Positions 62,978 to 64,000 of a DNA stretch of 64,000 nucleotides are shown here, in pieces. The notes beneath the pieces were generated by a model that ran no database searches, was not told the DNA's origin, and saw nothing but the letters and a program-made list of their open reading frames with translations. A program made the position numbers and the translations under genes. Origin of the DNA: Octopus sinensis. Its lineage: Eukaryota. Positions within the stretch are counted from its first letter, which is position 1. The number at the start of each line of letters is the position of its first letter. The stretch lies in contig NC_043014.1 of assembly GCF_006345805.1 (NCBI RefSeq), positions 38,626,001-38,690,000 on the forward strand. Direction: 5' to 3'.

Positions 62978-63035
62978 TAAGTTCCTCTATTTACATAATA
63001 TCAAGGTCTCCTTCATTCTTTTGTCTTACCATTTC

Positions 63036-63083
<48 letters not shown>

Positions 63084-63120
63084 TATACACACATATATAT
63101 ACACATATATATATATATAT

Positions 63121-63330
63121 AGTTAATCCAAACATGAAAACACAAAGAGAAAACACAACAACGTGAGGACGTGGAACAAGTATAGTGTTATTGGACGCTC
63201 ATAAAAAGGAAAGAAAGAAAGAGGATTTAACGTTTCGAGCGAAGCTCTTCGTCAGAAACATAGGGAAAGGAAAGATCCAAGGAAGGGAAGACGGGGGGGA
63301 AAAAATCGCCAACGATACACATGCGGTCAG
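63121..63330 (-). mobile_element. Penelope-like pLTR-type fragment next to (TA)n
   Basis: Carries the intact HHR; shares GACGCTCA and CCAACGAT..CATG landmarks with 47620-47815. Confidence 0.6.
63225..63259 (-). ncRNA. Minimal type-I hammerhead ribozyme with intact catalytic core
   Basis: GUUU-CUGACGA-A-GAGC-uuc-GCUC-GAAAC-GUU-AAAU: all core nucleotides present, 4-bp stems I and II, palindromic ACGU stem III, GUU cleavage triplet. Confidence 0.85.
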
Positions 63331-63479
63331 AAGCCCATCATGTGTATATATATATATATATACATGATGGGCTTCTTTCAGTATCTATCTACCAAATCCA
63401 CTCACAAGACTTTGGTTAGTCCAAGGCCATAGTAGAAGACACTTGACCAAAGTGTTGAAATTTCAAATTATGGACCCAC

Positions 63480-63930
63480 CTCTTGCATGTAAAAACTTTG
63501 AGAAACTGGAAAAAAGTAATTTCTTGCAACAGAATCAAGACATGAACTAAACCGATACTTTACAAAGTGGTTGTTCTCACAATTCTCTTGTATGGATGTG
63601 AAATTGAAATACTTAGCAAAATGACATAAAAATGGTTGGAACACTTCCAACAGACAAAGCTGCAAATATCTTATGTATACAGTATACAGTGGCAACGTGA
63701 TGTTACGAACAAGGAAATTCTTGATCAGATCAGACACAACATCATTGGAACTGAGATGTTAAGATTACGGCCACAATGAGTTGGCCAAGTTCAAAGAATT
63801 TCAGTATATCGACTGCCAAAGATGCTTGTGTATAAAGAACTGAAAAAAGAAATATGTCCAATAGTAGTTCCAAGACAGCAATACAAAAACCAGCAGAAAT
63901 AAACATTTAGAACCTTTATTTCTTTCTTAG
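63480..63930 (+). pseudogene. Decayed RTE (BovB-like) LINE RT C-terminal region
   Basis: YKVVVLTILLYGCE...WLEHFQQ...IQWQRDVTNKEIL...YRLPKMLVYKEL with stops and frameshifts. Confidence 0.8.
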
Positions 63931-64000
63931 AAGCTGTTAATGTATCTGATAACCCACAGTGAAGGAAAAAAAACCGGTACACTGAATGCAACTTCTTGGA

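Overview
AT-rich, repeat-saturated animal genomic DNA. The SINE, LINE and MITE repertoire resembles what I recall from Octopus (coleoid cephalopod) genomes; this is an inference, not a database result. One host gene is supported: a minus-strand PPP1R16A/B (MYPT3/TIMAP, MYPT-75D-like) PP1 regulatory subunit. Its first coding exon is 44614-44344 (RVxF motif RGVDF) and a 71-nt second exon is 13649-13579 (first ankyrin repeat). They are joined in frame across a 30.7-kb GT-AG intron; exon 3 was not found in the window. The rest is intronic or upstream mobile DNA: 3' ends of Tx1/L1, RTE and CR1-group LINEs, several tRNA-derived SINE families, Tc1/mariner (DD34E, mariner, DD41D), pogo-like and TTAA (piggyBac-like) MITEs, two non-autonomous Helitrons, a 5-kb 33-bp minisatellite and many microsatellites. 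Nearly all long ORFs in the track are repeat artefacts. Most notable: (1) four minimal type-I hammerhead ribozyme motifs, one with an intact core and one inside a tRNA-headed fold-back element; (2) two SINE families whose 3' ends match LINE 3' ends present in this same window (Tx1 and CR1-group); (3) a DD41D transposon rebuilt as a 339-bp, about 98% identical fold-back; (4) several cases of retroelement parts turning into tandem arrays.
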